From Candidatus Eiseniibacteriota bacterium (GTDB lineage Bacteria > Eisenbacteria > RBG-16-71-46): DNA of 64,000 nt. The notes beneath the pieces were generated by a model. It saw only the letters and a list, made by a program, of their open reading frames with translations, was not told where the DNA came from and did no database searches. A program made the position numbers and the translations under genes. The DNA lies in contig CAVUWA010000011.1 of assembly GCA_963744995.1 (NCBI GenBank), positions 256,001 through 320,000 of the forward strand, written 5' to 3'. Of this stretch, positions 13,210 to 25,408 are shown one piece after another (the first letter of the stretch is position 1; each line of letters starts with the position of its first letter).

Positions 13210-14654
13210 AGGCGATACGGCGCGGATGGGAAACGACGGGGCGCGCGGCGCGCGGCGTGACGGTGGCTCTCGTGCTCGCTGCACCCGCATGGGCGCAGCA
13301 GCACGTCGAGCGTCCCGACGCGATCCTCAGTGAGGCGCGCACGGCCCCCGCCCTGCGCGCGGCGTTGATCGCCCACGCGAAGCACGTCCAGAAGAAGAGT
13401 CCGTTCGAGGCCGCCGACGCGCTCATGTACGCGGGCGAGAGCAGCGACCGCTCCGCGCTGCCCGACAGCGCAGCGATCTGCTACCGCCAGGCGGCCCGGC
13501 TCACCCGCTCCAACGAGCCCGCGCTCGCGCTCACCGATCTGCTGCTGCGCGAGGCGCGCGCGCGCGACCTGCTCGAGGCGTACGAGGTCGTGGCGAACAT
13601 GCTCGGACGCACCCCCCCGGGCGCGGCGGACCGCGGGGACGTAATGTTGCGGGCGATGTGGCTTCAGCACCTCGCGGGCCACCCCGACAGCGCGGCCATC
13701 GCCTACCGGGAAGCCGCCCGTTCGAAGCCGTCGGGCGTCTGGGCCGTGCGCGCCGCACACGTGCTGCTCGACGACATCAAGGACCCGGCGTCTGCGGGCC
13801 GGCTGCTGCTGCCGCTCGAGGTCGCCTCGCGCGGACAGGATCCGGAGGTGCACGGGCTGTTCGTGCGCTCGGTCACCGTGTTCGGGCGCACGCAGGAGAA
13901 GGCGGTCGAGATCGTGAACCGCGAACTCGCCGTGCGCGAGGCCGCCGAGGCTCCGCTGCTTCAGCGGCTCAACGCGAAGCGCCTGCCGTTCAGCGCCTCG
14001 GACGGCTTTCTGCTGTCGTCGGTCGTGCGCCCTGCCCCGGCCGGCGCGCCGGCGGCGGTGGTGATGTCGATGGGTGACACGCTCGCCGACTATGACAGTC
14101 TGATCACGCATCTGAGCGCGAGCGGTTTCGCGGTCATCCTGGTCGACGCGCGGGGGCACGGCTATTCGGTGGGCCCGCCGTGTTCGCTGCCGTTCCGCTG
14201 GGCCGGCCGCGAGCATCAGCTCGAGGAACGGATCGCCCGTGACGCGCTCGAGTCGCTGGAGGCGCTCGGTGATCTCGGCCCGGTGGACACGACGCGCTCC
14301 GTCATCGTGGGGGTCGGCTTCACGGCGCGTGCGGCGCTGCGGGCGGCGGAGCTGCAGCCCCACTTCCGCGCGATCGTGCTGGCGAGCCCGGAACCCGCGC
14401 GCGTGGACCGCGGACTGATGATCGCTTCCATGGCGCGCCTGAAGCGTCCGGCGTTCATCCAGACCGCGCCCGAAGACCTCGTCCAGCTGTACTACTTCGC
14501 CGACGCGCTGTATCAGGCCGGCGACCGGCGCGGATCCCGCGTGTCGTCCGGCAAATCCGTCGGACGCTTCGCCGCCCAGTTCAACCGCGACGGCCCGTCG
14601 GGGGTGCGACTGCGGCGCTGGCTCGCGGACGTCATGCCTGCCGCGAAACGCTGA
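13206..14654 (+). CDS. Secreted protein with TPR-like helical N-terminus and alpha/beta-hydrolase-fold C-terminus
   Basis: Signal peptide; LSASGFAVILVDARGHGYS; ATGA overlap with the ATPase. Confidence 0.7.
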   Translation: MKAIRRGWETTGRAARGVTVALVLAAPAWAQQHVERPDAILSEARTAPALRAALIAHAKHVQKKSPFEAADALMYAGESSDRSALPDSAAICYRQAARLTRSNEPALALTDLLLREARARDLLEAYEVVANMLGRTPPGAADRGDVMLRAMWLQHLAGHPDSAAIAYREAARSKPSGVWAVRAAHVLLDDIKDPASAGRLLLPLEVASRGQDPEVHGLFVRSVTVFGRTQEKAVEIVNRELAVREAAEAPLLQRLNAKRLPFSASDGFLLSSVVRPAPAGAPAAVVMSMGDTLADYDSLITHLSASGFAVILVDARGHGYSVGPPCSLPFRWAGREHQLEERIARDALESLEALGDLGPVDTTRSVIVGVGFTARAALRAAELQPHFRAIVLASPEPARVDRGLMIASMARLKRPAFIQTAPEDLVQLYYFADALYQAGDRRGSRVSSGKSVGRFAAQFNRDGPSGVRLRRWLADVMPAAKR

Positions 14655-15543
14655 GCGCCGCGCGGCGCTGGCGACGGGCGGCGTCCCCCTCGACGAACAG
14701 CACCGAGAGCAGAATCAGGAGGGCGCCGATCCACCAGCGCAGCTCGAAACGCTCGCCGCCGGTCACGATCGCGAAGACCAGCGCGAACAGCGGCTCGAGC
14801 GCGAACAGCAGGCCCACCCGCCCGGGCGGCAGCGTCCGCTGCGCCAGCACCTGGCAGAGCGGCGCCAGCATGCTGGCCGCGACGATCAGGTAGCCGACCC
14901 GCAGCCATCCCGCCGTCCCGAGCGCGGCGACGGCCGCCGCCGTGCCGCCCGCGAACGGCAGCAGGACGAGCGCCACGGTGAAGCTCTGCGCGGTCACCAT
15001 GAGCGCGCCGTCGGCGCGCGCGGCGTAGCGGGCGACCATGACGATCTGCAGCGCGTACATCACCGCGCCGAGCAGCGTCCACGCCTCGCCGACGCCGACC
15101 CGGAACCCGCGCTGCAGGGTGAGCAGCGCGGCGCCCGCGAGCGCGACGCCGATCCCGGCGAGCAGCACCGGCTGCGGGCGCTGGCGCAGGATCGGCCACG
15201 CGAAGAACGCCGCGAACAACGTGGCCGCGCAGGTGAGGAACGCCGAGCTTCCCGCGGTGGTGCTCTCGAGCCCGATCGCCTGGAACAGGTAGCCGCCCGT
15301 CATGAAGAGCCCGGACACGATGCCGCCCTCGATCGAGACGCGGTCCGGTGCGCGCCGCCGCAGCAGGACCACCGGCAGGTAGAGGAATCCCGCGAGGCCG
15401 AAGCGCAGGAAGACCAGCACCAGCGGCGGCATCGTCGCGACGGTGTCGCGGATCACGACGAACGTGCCGCCCCAGATGAACGTGGCGAGCACCATCAGGA
15501 GCACGCCCGTATGTTCCGGCCGGACGCCGCGGGAGACGGTCAC
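14632..15543 (-). CDS. DMT/EamA family transporter
   Basis: IWGGTF, FLRF, about 10 TM helices, LEPLFA. Confidence 0.93.
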   Translation of the reverse strand: MTVSRGVRPEHTGVLLMVLATFIWGGTFVVIRDTVATMPPLVLVFLRFGLAGFLYLPVVLLRRRAPDRVSIEGGIVSGLFMTGGYLFQAIGLESTTAGSSAFLTCAATLFAAFFAWPILRQRPQPVLLAGIGVALAGAALLTLQRGFRVGVGEAWTLLGAVMYALQIVMVARYAARADGALMVTAQSFTVALVLLPFAGGTAAAVAALGTAGWLRVGYLIVAASMLAPLCQVLAQRTLPPGRVGLLFALEPLFALVFAIVTGGERFELRWWIGALLILLSVLFVEGDAARRQRRAALSVSRQA

Positions 15544-15553
15544 GGCGATACGA

Positions 15554-16213
15554 TCAACCGGGGTCGCGCGCCGCGCGCCGGCGCCGCGGGGCGCGCGCCT
15601 GGGTGAGCGCGAACGACAGGCTCTCGAACTCCACCGTCATGTCCACGTCCCGCAGCGACACGCCGGGCGGCACGAACAGCTTGCGCGGCGCGAAGTTCAG
15701 GATGCCGTGCACGCCGGCTGCGACCAGCGCGTCCGCCACGGCCTGCGCCGCGCGCCCCGGGGTCGCGATCACGCCGATCTCGATGCCGCGCGAGGCCGCC
15801 ACGCCCGCGAGGGTCGCGATGTCGAGCACTTCGAGCGGGCCCAGCGAATGGCCGATGCGCTTCGGATCCGCGTCGAACACGGCGACGACGTCGAAGCCCT
15901 GCTCGGCGAACCCGCCGTAGGACAGCAGCGCGGCGCCGATGTTGCCCGCCCCCACGACCGCGACCTTCCAGCGGCGGTCGACGCCGAGGATCGCGCCGAT
16001 CTCCTCGCGAAGGTGCTGAACGCTGTAGCCGAGGCCGCGGCGTCCGAAGGAACCGAAGTAGGACAGGTCCTTGCGCACCTGGGCCGAAGTGATGCCCTCG
16101 CGCTCGGCGAGCCGCCGCGAGGAGATCATGCGTTTGCCTTCGCCCGCGACCTCTTCGAGGACGCGGTAGTAATGCGAGAGGCGGCGAACCGTCGATTCCG
16201 AGATGCGGGCCAT
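15554..16213 (-). CDS. rex: Redox-sensing transcriptional repressor Rex
   Basis: ISESTVRRLSHYYR, QVRKDLSYFGSFGRRGLGY, VGAGNIG, GILNFAP. Confidence 0.97.
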   Translation of the reverse strand: MARISESTVRRLSHYYRVLEEVAGEGKRMISSRRLAEREGITSAQVRKDLSYFGSFGRRGLGYSVQHLREEIGAILGVDRRWKVAVVGAGNIGAALLSYGGFAEQGFDVVAVFDADPKRIGHSLGPLEVLDIATLAGVAASRGIEIGVIATPGRAAQAVADALVAAGVHGILNFAPRKLFVPPGVSLRDVDMTVEFESLSFALTQARAPRRRRAARDPG

Positions 16214-16256
16214 GCATTCCCGCGCGGCGGGCCCGGGTCCGGGCGGCCGCGCTCCA

Positions 16257-16274
16257 CTGTGAAAAGATTCACAA
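16257..16274. promoter_or_regulatory. Rex operator (ROP)
   Basis: CTGTGAAAAGATTCACAA, one mismatch to TTGTGAA-N4-TTCACAA, 44 bp upstream of rex. Confidence 0.85.
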
Positions 16275-16332
16275 TCCCTGCCGCCGAAACGCCGCGGGTC
16301 ACGATCGCCCCGCGGCGTCCTGCGGCTTTCGG

Positions 16333-18885
16333 CTATGCGTCGGCGTCTTCGGCGTCGCCGGCGTCGGTTTCGCTCGCCGCGTCACTGCCCTCGAGCGCGC
16401 CCATGACTTCGGGGCCTTCGACCTCGTCCCCTTCCTCGCTCACCATCCGCGTGACCGCCGTGACCTTGTCGGCGAAGAGCTGCTTCTCTCCCGCCGCCGC
16501 GAGGTTCACGAGCCGCACGCCCTGGGTATTGCGACCGAGCACCGAGATGCCCTTGACCGGCATCCGGATCAGCTGGCCCGAGCGCGTGATGATCATCAGC
16601 TCGTCACCGTCGACGACTTCCTTCACGGCGATCACGTCGCCGTTCCGCTCGGTCGTCTTGATGGTGATGATGCCCTTGCCGCCGCGGTGCGACAGCCGGT
16701 ACTCGGCCACCTCGCTGCGCTTGCCGTAGCCGTTCTCGGTCACGGTGAGCAGCGAGGCCTGACGCTTCACCGCCACCATGTCGACGACTTCGTCGTCGGA
16801 GGCGTCGAGCGAAACGCCCTTCACGCCGCGCGCCGTGCGGCCCATCGCCCGCACCTCGTTCTCGTGGAAGCGGATCGCGAGACCCTTCTTCTTGCCGAGA
16901 ATGACGTCCTGCGTGCCGTCGGTGATCACGGCCTCGATCAGCTCGTCGCCATCGGCCAGCAGCACGGCATGGATCCCGCCGCGACGCGGCCGGCCATAGG
17001 CCGACAGCACGGTCTTCTTGATGATGCCCTTCTTCGTCGCGCAGACCAGAAAGTGCTGCTCGTCGAACTCCTTCACCGGCACGACCGCCTGCACGCGTTC
17101 GTCGCGGCCGAGACCTTCGAGATAGTTGACCAGCGGCCGGCCGCGCGCGACGCGTCCGGCCTGATCGATCTCGTGCACCTTGAGCCAGTGGCAGCGCCCC
17201 TTGTCCGTGAGGATCAGCAGATGTGCGTGGGTGTTCGCCACGAAGAGGTGCTCGACGTAGTCCTCTTCCTTGGTGCGCGCGCCGATCACGCCCTTCCCGC
17301 CGCGGCGCTGCGAGCGGTACGAGTTGATCTCCTGGCGCTTGATGTAGCCCGAGTGCGAGACGGTAATGACCATGTCCTTCTGCTCGATCGTGTCCTCGTA
17401 GCCGATCTCGCCTTCCTCGCCCATGATCGCCGTGCGGCGCTCGTCGCCATACTTCTCCTTCAGCGTGCGGACCTCGTCCTGGATGATCGCGAGCATCTTC
17501 TTCTCGCTCGCGAGGATGCCCTTCAGTCGTTCGATCAGCTTGATGACCTCCAGGTACTCCTCCTCGACCTTCCTGCGCTCAAGGCCGGTGAGGCGCTGCA
17601 GCCGCATGTCGAGGATGGCGTTGGCCTGGATTTCGCTCAGCTTGAAGGTTCTGATGAGACCGCCGCGCGCCGTCTCGACGTCCTTCGAACTGCGGATCAG
17701 CGCGATCACCTCGTCGAGATGGTCGAGCGCGATCTTCAGCCCCTCGAGGATGTGGGCGCGGCGTTCGGCCTCGGCGAGGTCGAACTCGGTCCGGCGCCGC
17801 ACGACCTCGCGGCGATGCCGGACGTACTCGTCGAGCAACGCCCGCAGGTGCAGCACCTGGGGCCGGTTGTCGACCAGCCCGAGCATGATCGCGCCGAAGG
17901 TGGTCTGCAGCGGCGAATGCACGAAGAGCTGATTCAGCACGACCTTCGGGTTCGCGTCCTTCTTGAGCTCGATCACCACGCGCATGCCGTCGCGATCGGA
18001 CTCGTCGCGCAGGTCGCTGATGCCGGTGACCTTTCCGCTGCGCACCAGATCCGCGATCTTCTCGAGCAACGCCGCCTTGTTGACCTGGAACGGGATCTCG
18101 GTCGCGACCAGGCTCATGCGACCGGCGCGCCCCTCCTCGACCTGGACGCGCGCGCGCACGCGCAGCAGTCCACGACCGGTGGTGATGCAGTCGCGGATGC
18201 CCTGCCGGCCGTAGATGATTCCCCCGGTCGGGAAGTCCGGACCCTTGACGATCTCCATCAGGTCTTCCGCGGTGGTCGCGGGCTCGTCGATGACCCGCAC
18301 GATCGCGTCACAGATCTCGCTGAGGTTGTGCGGCGGCACCTCCGTCGCCATGCCGACCGCGATGCCCGACGCACCGTTGATGAGCAGGTTCGGGACGACC
18401 GACGGCAGCACCACGGGTTCTTCGCGCGTTTCGTCGTAGTTGGGGCGGAAGTCGACGGTGTTTCTCTCGAGATCGTTCAGCATCTCCACGGCGATCGGTG
18501 TGAGTCGCGCCTCCGTGTATCGCATCGCCGCCGGCGCGTCGCCGTCGATCGAGCCGAAGTTGCCCTGGCCGTCGACCAGCGGATAACGCATCGCCCACGG
18601 CTGGGCGAGACGCACCAGGGTCGGGTAGACGACCTGTTCGCCGTGCGGGTGGTAGTTGCCCGACGTGTCGCCGGCGATCTTCGCGCACTTGCGGTAGCCG
18701 CGACCGGGACGCAGGTTGAGGTCGTTCATCGCGACCAGAATGCGCCGCTGCGAAGGCTTGAGACCGTCGCGCACGTCCGGGAGCGCGCGGGAGACGATGA
18801 CCGACATCGAGTAGTCGATGTAGCTGGTCTTCATCTCGTCTTCGATCTGGGTGTCGACGATCCTCGATCGATCGTTCAGTGCCAT
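16333..18885 (-). CDS. gyrA: DNA gyrase subunit A
   Basis: [24 protein letters not shown], GyrA-box QRRGGKG. Confidence 0.99.
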   Translation of the reverse strand: MALNDRSRIVDTQIEDEMKTSYIDYSMSVIVSRALPDVRDGLKPSQRRILVAMNDLNLRPGRGYRKCAKIAGDTSGNYHPHGEQVVYPTLVRLAQPWAMRYPLVDGQGNFGSIDGDAPAAMRYTEARLTPIAVEMLNDLERNTVDFRPNYDETREEPVVLPSVVPNLLINGASGIAVGMATEVPPHNLSEICDAIVRVIDEPATTAEDLMEIVKGPDFPTGGIIYGRQGIRDCITTGRGLLRVRARVQVEEGRAGRMSLVATEIPFQVNKAALLEKIADLVRSGKVTGISDLRDESDRDGMRVVIELKKDANPKVVLNQLFVHSPLQTTFGAIMLGLVDNRPQVLHLRALLDEYVRHRREVVRRRTEFDLAEAERRAHILEGLKIALDHLDEVIALIRSSKDVETARGGLIRTFKLSEIQANAILDMRLQRLTGLERRKVEEEYLEVIKLIERLKGILASEKKMLAIIQDEVRTLKEKYGDERRTAIMGEEGEIGYEDTIEQKDMVITVSHSGYIKRQEINSYRSQRRGGKGVIGARTKEEDYVEHLFVANTHAHLLILTDKGRCHWLKVHEIDQAGRVARGRPLVNYLEGLGRDERVQAVVPVKEFDEQHFLVCATKKGIIKKTVLSAYGRPRRGGIHAVLLADGDELIEAVITDGTQDVILGKKKGLAIRFHENEVRAMGRTARGVKGVSLDASDDEVVDMVAVKRQASLLTVTENGYGKRSEVAEYRLSHRGGKGIITIKTTERNGDVIAVKEVVDGDELMIITRSGQLIRMPVKGISVLGRNTQGVRLVNLAAAGEKQLFADKVTAVTRMVSEEGDEVEGPEVMGALEGSDAASETDAGDAEDADA

Positions 18886-18958
18886 GGCGTCCTTTCACGC
18901 GCCGGCGGTTCGGGCCCGCCCCGCGCTCGTCCTTCACGTCCGGCGTTCCGTCGCCGGT

Positions 18959-19534
18959 CTAGCGGAAGCTCCAGTCCACGGCCCATCCGACGTACCGCCC
19001 GATGCGGTCGTTGAACAGCCGGTGATAGCGAATCGAGGCGCCGATCGCGTGGTGGTCGTTGACCGCGCGACGAACGCCTCCGGCGAGACTGAACCCGGTA
19101 CTGCTCACGCGGCGCTCGATGTGCCCGCGGAGGTCGTCCGCCACGTTGTAGTAGCCCCATGTCCCGCTGACGTAGGGCATCCAGGTCACGAGCGAGCCCC
19201 ACTCGCGGTCGAGTCGCCACGCCGCGCCGAGCACGTACGTGTGGCCGAGCTCGGTCGTCCCGAGGTCGGTGCCGTCGTTCGGATCGCGCAGCGTACCGAA
19301 CGTCTCTCCCATGTCGTCGGCGAACAGCATCACGCCGAACGCATAGCGATCCTCGACCGGCCACATCGGCGACAGTGAAACGGACCAGCCACCCGCATCG
19401 GGCGTGCCGGAAATCGCGGTCGCGCCGCCGAGCGTGGTCTCGAGCCCGGGCATCGCGCCGGCCGCCGCCGGCCCGGCCGGCCACGCCGCCGCCAGCATCG
19501 CGATCGCGATCACCGGCGCCCAGCGCCCTTTCAT
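18959..19534 (-). CDS. Small outer-membrane beta-barrel protein (alternative start 19549)
   Basis: Signal peptide, alternating beta-strand pattern, C-terminal WAVDWSFR. Confidence 0.7.
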   Translation of the reverse strand: MKGRWAPVIAIAMLAAAWPAGPAAAGAMPGLETTLGGATAISGTPDAGGWSVSLSPMWPVEDRYAFGVMLFADDMGETFGTLRDPNDGTDLGTTELGHTYVLGAAWRLDREWGSLVTWMPYVSGTWGYYNVADDLRGHIERRVSSTGFSLAGGVRRAVNDHHAIGASIRYHRLFNDRIGRYVGWAVDWSFR

Positions 19535-19549
19535 CGAACGCCGGCCCAT

Positions 19550-21484
<1,935 letters not shown>

Positions 21485-21618
21485 TCAGCTCCCGAGAGAA
21501 CCCTTCCCCGCCGTGCGGGAGTCCCTGCGTTGACTCGGACGCTCGTCACTGCGACCCACCCTTCGATCCGGCCCGTCCGTCCCTTGTCCTGCCCATCCGC
21601 CATCGCCGCCGCGACCCT

Positions 21619-21924
21619 CTAATGCCGCCAGGCCGCGTGACCGCGCGGCACCACGAAGCGCACGTCGCGGACGTGGTCGCCCCCGAGTTGCCGGTTGACC
21701 TGTTCGATCAGATGGCGCTTGAGAAAACCGAGTTCGTGCATCCAGGCCGATCCTTCGACCTCGACATGCAGAATGCCGTCGCGGCAGGCAATGGCCCGGG
21801 TGTGGCTCGCCACGCGAGGCCCCACGATCTGGGCCCATTCGCGCACGGCTTGCCACCCCAGTACGTCCTGTTCGAGCCCGAGATCGCGCAGTACGCGCGA
21901 GAGAACGCGGGCGACTGATTCCAT
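21619..21924 (-). CDS. dciA: DciA (DUF721) helicase loader
   Basis: W..IVG..VA.HT....DG.L.V.V..SAW..EL.FLK pattern in the canonical position between dnaN and gyrB. Confidence 0.88.
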   Translation of the reverse strand: MESVARVLSRVLRDLGLEQDVLGWQAVREWAQIVGPRVASHTRAIACRDGILHVEVEGSAWMHELGFLKRHLIEQVNRQLGGDHVRDVRFVVPRGHAAWRH

Positions 21925-21926
21925 GC

Positions 21927-23075
21927 TCAACCTGCGGAGTCGGGGAGCCGCAGGGGCATGATCAGGCAGAGCAGTCCTTCGTCTTGCTCGGGCAGGGCTC
22001 CAACGGGCTCGACCACCCCTGCCGCCAGCGCCGTGTTGAGTCTGAATACGACCTCTTCGGTCGGAATGCTGCGCAGGATGTCCAGCAGATATCCCGCGTT
22101 GTAACCGATTTCCATGTCGTCACCGCTGTAGCGGGCGTCGATCTCCTGCTCGCCGGCGCCGAGCTCGGTCGCCGAGGACACACCGAGCCTGTCCTTGTGC
22201 ACCGAGAAGCGCACCTGCCGCGTGACGTTGTCCGCGTGCGAGGCGACGATGTCCACCGCCTGGATCAGATCATGGCGCCGCGCGATCATCTCGTGCGGAT
22301 TGCTCTTCGGGATCACCTGCTCGTAGTTCGGATAAGGCCCCTCGAGCAGGCGCGTCATGATCTGCACCCGGTACTCGCCGACCTGCGCGCTGAACCCGGC
22401 CTGGTTCTTGCCGCCGGCGATCTCGATCTCGACCGGGCTCGTGGCTTCTTCCGCCGTGCGGCTCACCGCCTGCAGTGCACGGCTCGGAATGATCACCCCG
22501 TCCTTCCCGAGTCCCCCGAACGCGCCGCTGCGCGCAGCGCGCGCCAGCCGGTGGCCGTCGGTCGACACGAACAGCAGCTGCTTGTCGCCGCCCTGCAGCA
22601 GAACACCGTTGAGCTGCGGTCGCGTCTCCTCGGTCGAGGCGGCGTAGCCGGTGCGCCCGATCAGGCGCGAGAGCACGTCGCCGCCGAGCGAGACGGTCGC
22701 TTCGGCCTTGAGCTCGGGAATGCGCGGGAAGTCCGCGGCGTCCTGGGTCGGGAACTTCGACCAGCCCTTGCCGTCGCCGTACTTGACCACGCACTGATTG
22801 TTCTCGATCGAAACCGTCAGCACGCCCTTCGGCATCTTGCGGACGACTTCGTTGAAGTGGCGCGCCGAAACCGCCGCGCGCCCGGCCTGCTTCACGTCGC
22901 ACGGGACGAGCACCGACGTCGTGACGTCGAGATCGGTCCCCGTCAGGCGCAGGCCCTCCTTGCCGGCGTCGATCAGGATGCAGCTCAAGAGCGGAAGCGG
23001 GCTCTTGCTGGACACCGATCCGAGCGCACGGGCCACGCCGAAAGCGAGATCGCCCTGCTGAATCGTCAATTGCAT
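21927..23075 (-). CDS. dnaN: DNA polymerase III beta sliding clamp
   Basis: GTDLD, STDGHRL, RLLEGPYPNYEQVIP, IGYNAGYLLD, LIMPLRL. Confidence 0.98.
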   Translation of the reverse strand: MQLTIQQGDLAFGVARALGSVSSKSPLPLLSCILIDAGKEGLRLTGTDLDVTTSVLVPCDVKQAGRAAVSARHFNEVVRKMPKGVLTVSIENNQCVVKYGDGKGWSKFPTQDAADFPRIPELKAEATVSLGGDVLSRLIGRTGYAASTEETRPQLNGVLLQGGDKQLLFVSTDGHRLARAARSGAFGGLGKDGVIIPSRALQAVSRTAEEATSPVEIEIAGGKNQAGFSAQVGEYRVQIMTRLLEGPYPNYEQVIPKSNPHEMIARRHDLIQAVDIVASHADNVTRQVRFSVHKDRLGVSSATELGAGEQEIDARYSGDDMEIGYNAGYLLDILRSIPTEEVVFRLNTALAAGVVEPVGALPEQDEGLLCLIMPLRLPDSAG

Positions 23076-23199
23076 GCTGTCATTCCCTGACTTTCGGGAA
23101 CTCGAAGTCCCGTCAGTGTTTCCGGGAGCCGCGTATGTGCTGGTAGGGGTATTCATCGGGATGGCCCGCATCATATGCGCGAGAGTTTTCCCCTGCAAG

Positions 23200-23430
23200 C
23201 ACTTTCCTAGGTTCTAAGCTGTTGTTATTCAATAAGAAAGAAGATCGAAACAGCAGTGCCGGTGAGCGATGTGGAGGAGTGGACGAACCGCGACTTATTT
23301 GGTTGTACTGCAATGCTTTACGGACGTGTCTCCAGTGGGGACAATCGGGTCCTTCGTTCACACCCACTCACGCGGCCGCCGGCAGGCCCCGGTTATCCCC
23401 ATTTCTCCACAGAGTTTTCCACCTCTTTTC
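23200..23430. other. oriC, dnaA-dnaN intergenic part (AT-rich unwinding region plus DnaA boxes)
   Basis: AT-rich TTGTTATTCAATAAGAAAGAAGAT; boxes TTATCCCCA 23393, TTCTCCACA 23403, TTTTCCACC 23415, TGGGGACAA 23336, TGTGGAGGA about 23270. Confidence 0.85.
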
Positions 23431-23439
23431 CGTCCAAAT

Positions 23440-24846
23440 TCAGCTGGCCAGGGTCGAGATCAGACCGTTCACGCGCTCGGAGAACGCCGCATCCGCCGAG
23501 ACCTTCACGCCGACCCGATCGCACGCGTACAGGACGGTCGTGTGGTCCTTGCCGCCGAACATGCGGCCGATTTCGACCAGCGACAGGTCGGTGAGCTGAC
23601 GGAGCAGATACATGGCGACCTGCCGCGGCAGCACGATGGACCGCGTGCGCCGCTTGCCGAGCACGGCTTCCATCTTCACGCCGAACTGCTCCGCGACCGT
23701 CGTGAGGATCCGCTCCGGCGTGAGCTCGTCCGGCTCGGCGTTGACGTAACGCAGCAGCACTTCCTCGGCGAGCGGCAGATCGATCTCCTGATGCGTGAGG
23801 GAGGCCGTCGCGAGCAGCCGTACCAGGCAGCCCTCCAGATCGCGGATGTTGGTGCGGATGCGGTCCGCGATCAGCAGGAGCACGTCCTCCGGCAGGATCA
23901 CGCCCTTGCCCTCACGATCGCAGCGGTTGCGCAGGATGGCGATGCGCGTCTCGAGGTCGGGCTGCTGTACGTCCGTCACCAGGCCCTGGTTGAAGCGCGA
24001 GGTGAGTCGGGCCTCGAGCTTCGGAATGTCCTTGGGCGGCTTGTCGGCGGTGACCACGACCTGCTTGTGCGCATCGCGCAGGGCGTTGAACGTGTGAAAG
24101 AACTCTTCCTGCGTGCTCTCCTTCCCGGCGAGAAACTGGATGTCGTCGATCAGGAGCACGTCCACGTTGCGGTACTTGTTGCGGAACGCCAGCGTCTGGC
24201 CGTGCTGGATGGCGTAGATCATCTCGTTGGTGAAGCGCTCGGCGGACAGGTAGAAGACGCGGGCTTCGCGGCGCTCCTCGCGCACCGCGTGGCCGATCGC
24301 ATGCAGCAGATGCGTCTTGCCGAGGCCCGAACCGCCGAAGACGAACAGCGGGTTGTAGACGTCGCCGGGCCGCTGGGCGACGGCGAGGCAGGCGGCGTGA
24401 GTGAAACGGTTTCCGCCGCCGACGACGAAGTTCTCGAATCGCAGGCGCGGATTGAGCTGACCGTCCATCCAGGTGCCGGACAGGGCCGGCGCAGGGGTGG
24501 GTGGCCGACTCGGCGCGGGACGCTCGGGTGCCGCGCCGGCCGCCATCGCCACCGGTGGCAGGGGCACGGCCTCGCGCGGACTGAAGCGAATCTCGGGATC
24601 TCTGCCGAGCACCTCGGCGAGGCTCTTGCGGAGCGAGGGCAGGTGGTGTTCGTGAATCCAGTCGACGAAGAAAGCGTTAGGTACCTCGAGCTCGACGCAC
24701 AGCGGGCCGACTTCGCGCGGAACAATGGGCTTGAACCACGTGTCGAAGGCCTGCGGACTGCCGATCCGGTTCTTGACCGACAGGAGGACCTGCTCCCAGA
24801 GTCGATGAACTTCTTCTTCGGGCTGGGGCACATGTTGGACTGCCAT
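23440..24846 (-). CDS. dnaA: Chromosomal replication initiator DnaA
   Basis: YNPLFVFGGSGLGKTHL, LLIDDIQF, QEEFFHTFN, GGKDHTTV. Confidence 0.99.
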   Translation of the reverse strand: MAVQHVPQPEEEVHRLWEQVLLSVKNRIGSPQAFDTWFKPIVPREVGPLCVELEVPNAFFVDWIHEHHLPSLRKSLAEVLGRDPEIRFSPREAVPLPPVAMAAGAAPERPAPSRPPTPAPALSGTWMDGQLNPRLRFENFVVGGGNRFTHAACLAVAQRPGDVYNPLFVFGGSGLGKTHLLHAIGHAVREERREARVFYLSAERFTNEMIYAIQHGQTLAFRNKYRNVDVLLIDDIQFLAGKESTQEEFFHTFNALRDAHKQVVVTADKPPKDIPKLEARLTSRFNQGLVTDVQQPDLETRIAILRNRCDREGKGVILPEDVLLLIADRIRTNIRDLEGCLVRLLATASLTHQEIDLPLAEEVLLRYVNAEPDELTPERILTTVAEQFGVKMEAVLGKRRTRSIVLPRQVAMYLLRQLTDLSLVEIGRMFGGKDHTTVLYACDRVGVKVSADAAFSERVNGLISTLAS

Positions 24847-24878
24847 TTCAACGATCCTTGCTGAAAGCGGTCCCAGGT

Positions 24879-25117
24879 TTATCCACAGGGCGTGAAGCCA
24901 CTTCGTTGAAGCATCAACCGCGGCCGGCGGCCTTGTGAACGGGGGAAGTGTGGAAATCCGACAGCGACGTTATCAACATTGAAGAGACGCGCCGCAAGTT
25001 CATGCGAAACAGCGGCTTATCCTTCCGGGCACCCCCTCTCTTCCACACGATATCCACAATTCCTGGTGCGGGGGCCGGCGAGCGGCCGGACACACCGTTC
25101 CCAGGCCGGGATCCACA
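24879..25117. promoter_or_regulatory. DnaA-box cluster upstream of dnaA
   Basis: Perfect TTATCCACA 24879-24887; TGTGGAAAT 24949; TTATCAACA 24970; TCTTCCACA 25039; ATATCCACA 25050; GGATCCACA 25109. Confidence 0.85.
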
Positions 25118-25206
25118 TGGACAAGTGACTGCAGCTATTCAATTTGGTTGGTGTGCCAGTGGTTCGCAGAGCAGACCCGAAGGAGCGGTCTCTGCGAGGG
25201 GCGCGA

Positions 25207-25235
25207 AGGCTAGCACCGGGGGGTGGGGGAGACAA
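25207..25235 (-). promoter_or_regulatory. Putative dnaA promoter
   Basis: TTGTCT-17 nt-TAGCCT with extended -10 TG. Confidence 0.5.
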
Positions 25236-25408
25236 GGCGCATTTTGGCTACCGGTGGCAGATGTCAATCCGTTGCAGACAAACGAATTACGGATTCAGAC
25301 CCACCCGGCCCGGGTGTGCACCGGAGTCCCTGAAAAGGCGGGGGGCCACCCCCCATATCCGGAGGCGGCCCGCGCGCTTAATGACCTGTCCAACAATGCC
25401 TTGCGACG

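Noticed and set aside
25241..25267. TTGACA...CAAAAT as dnaA promoter
   Set aside because: Spacer is only 15 nt; a better-spaced candidate lies at 25207-25235
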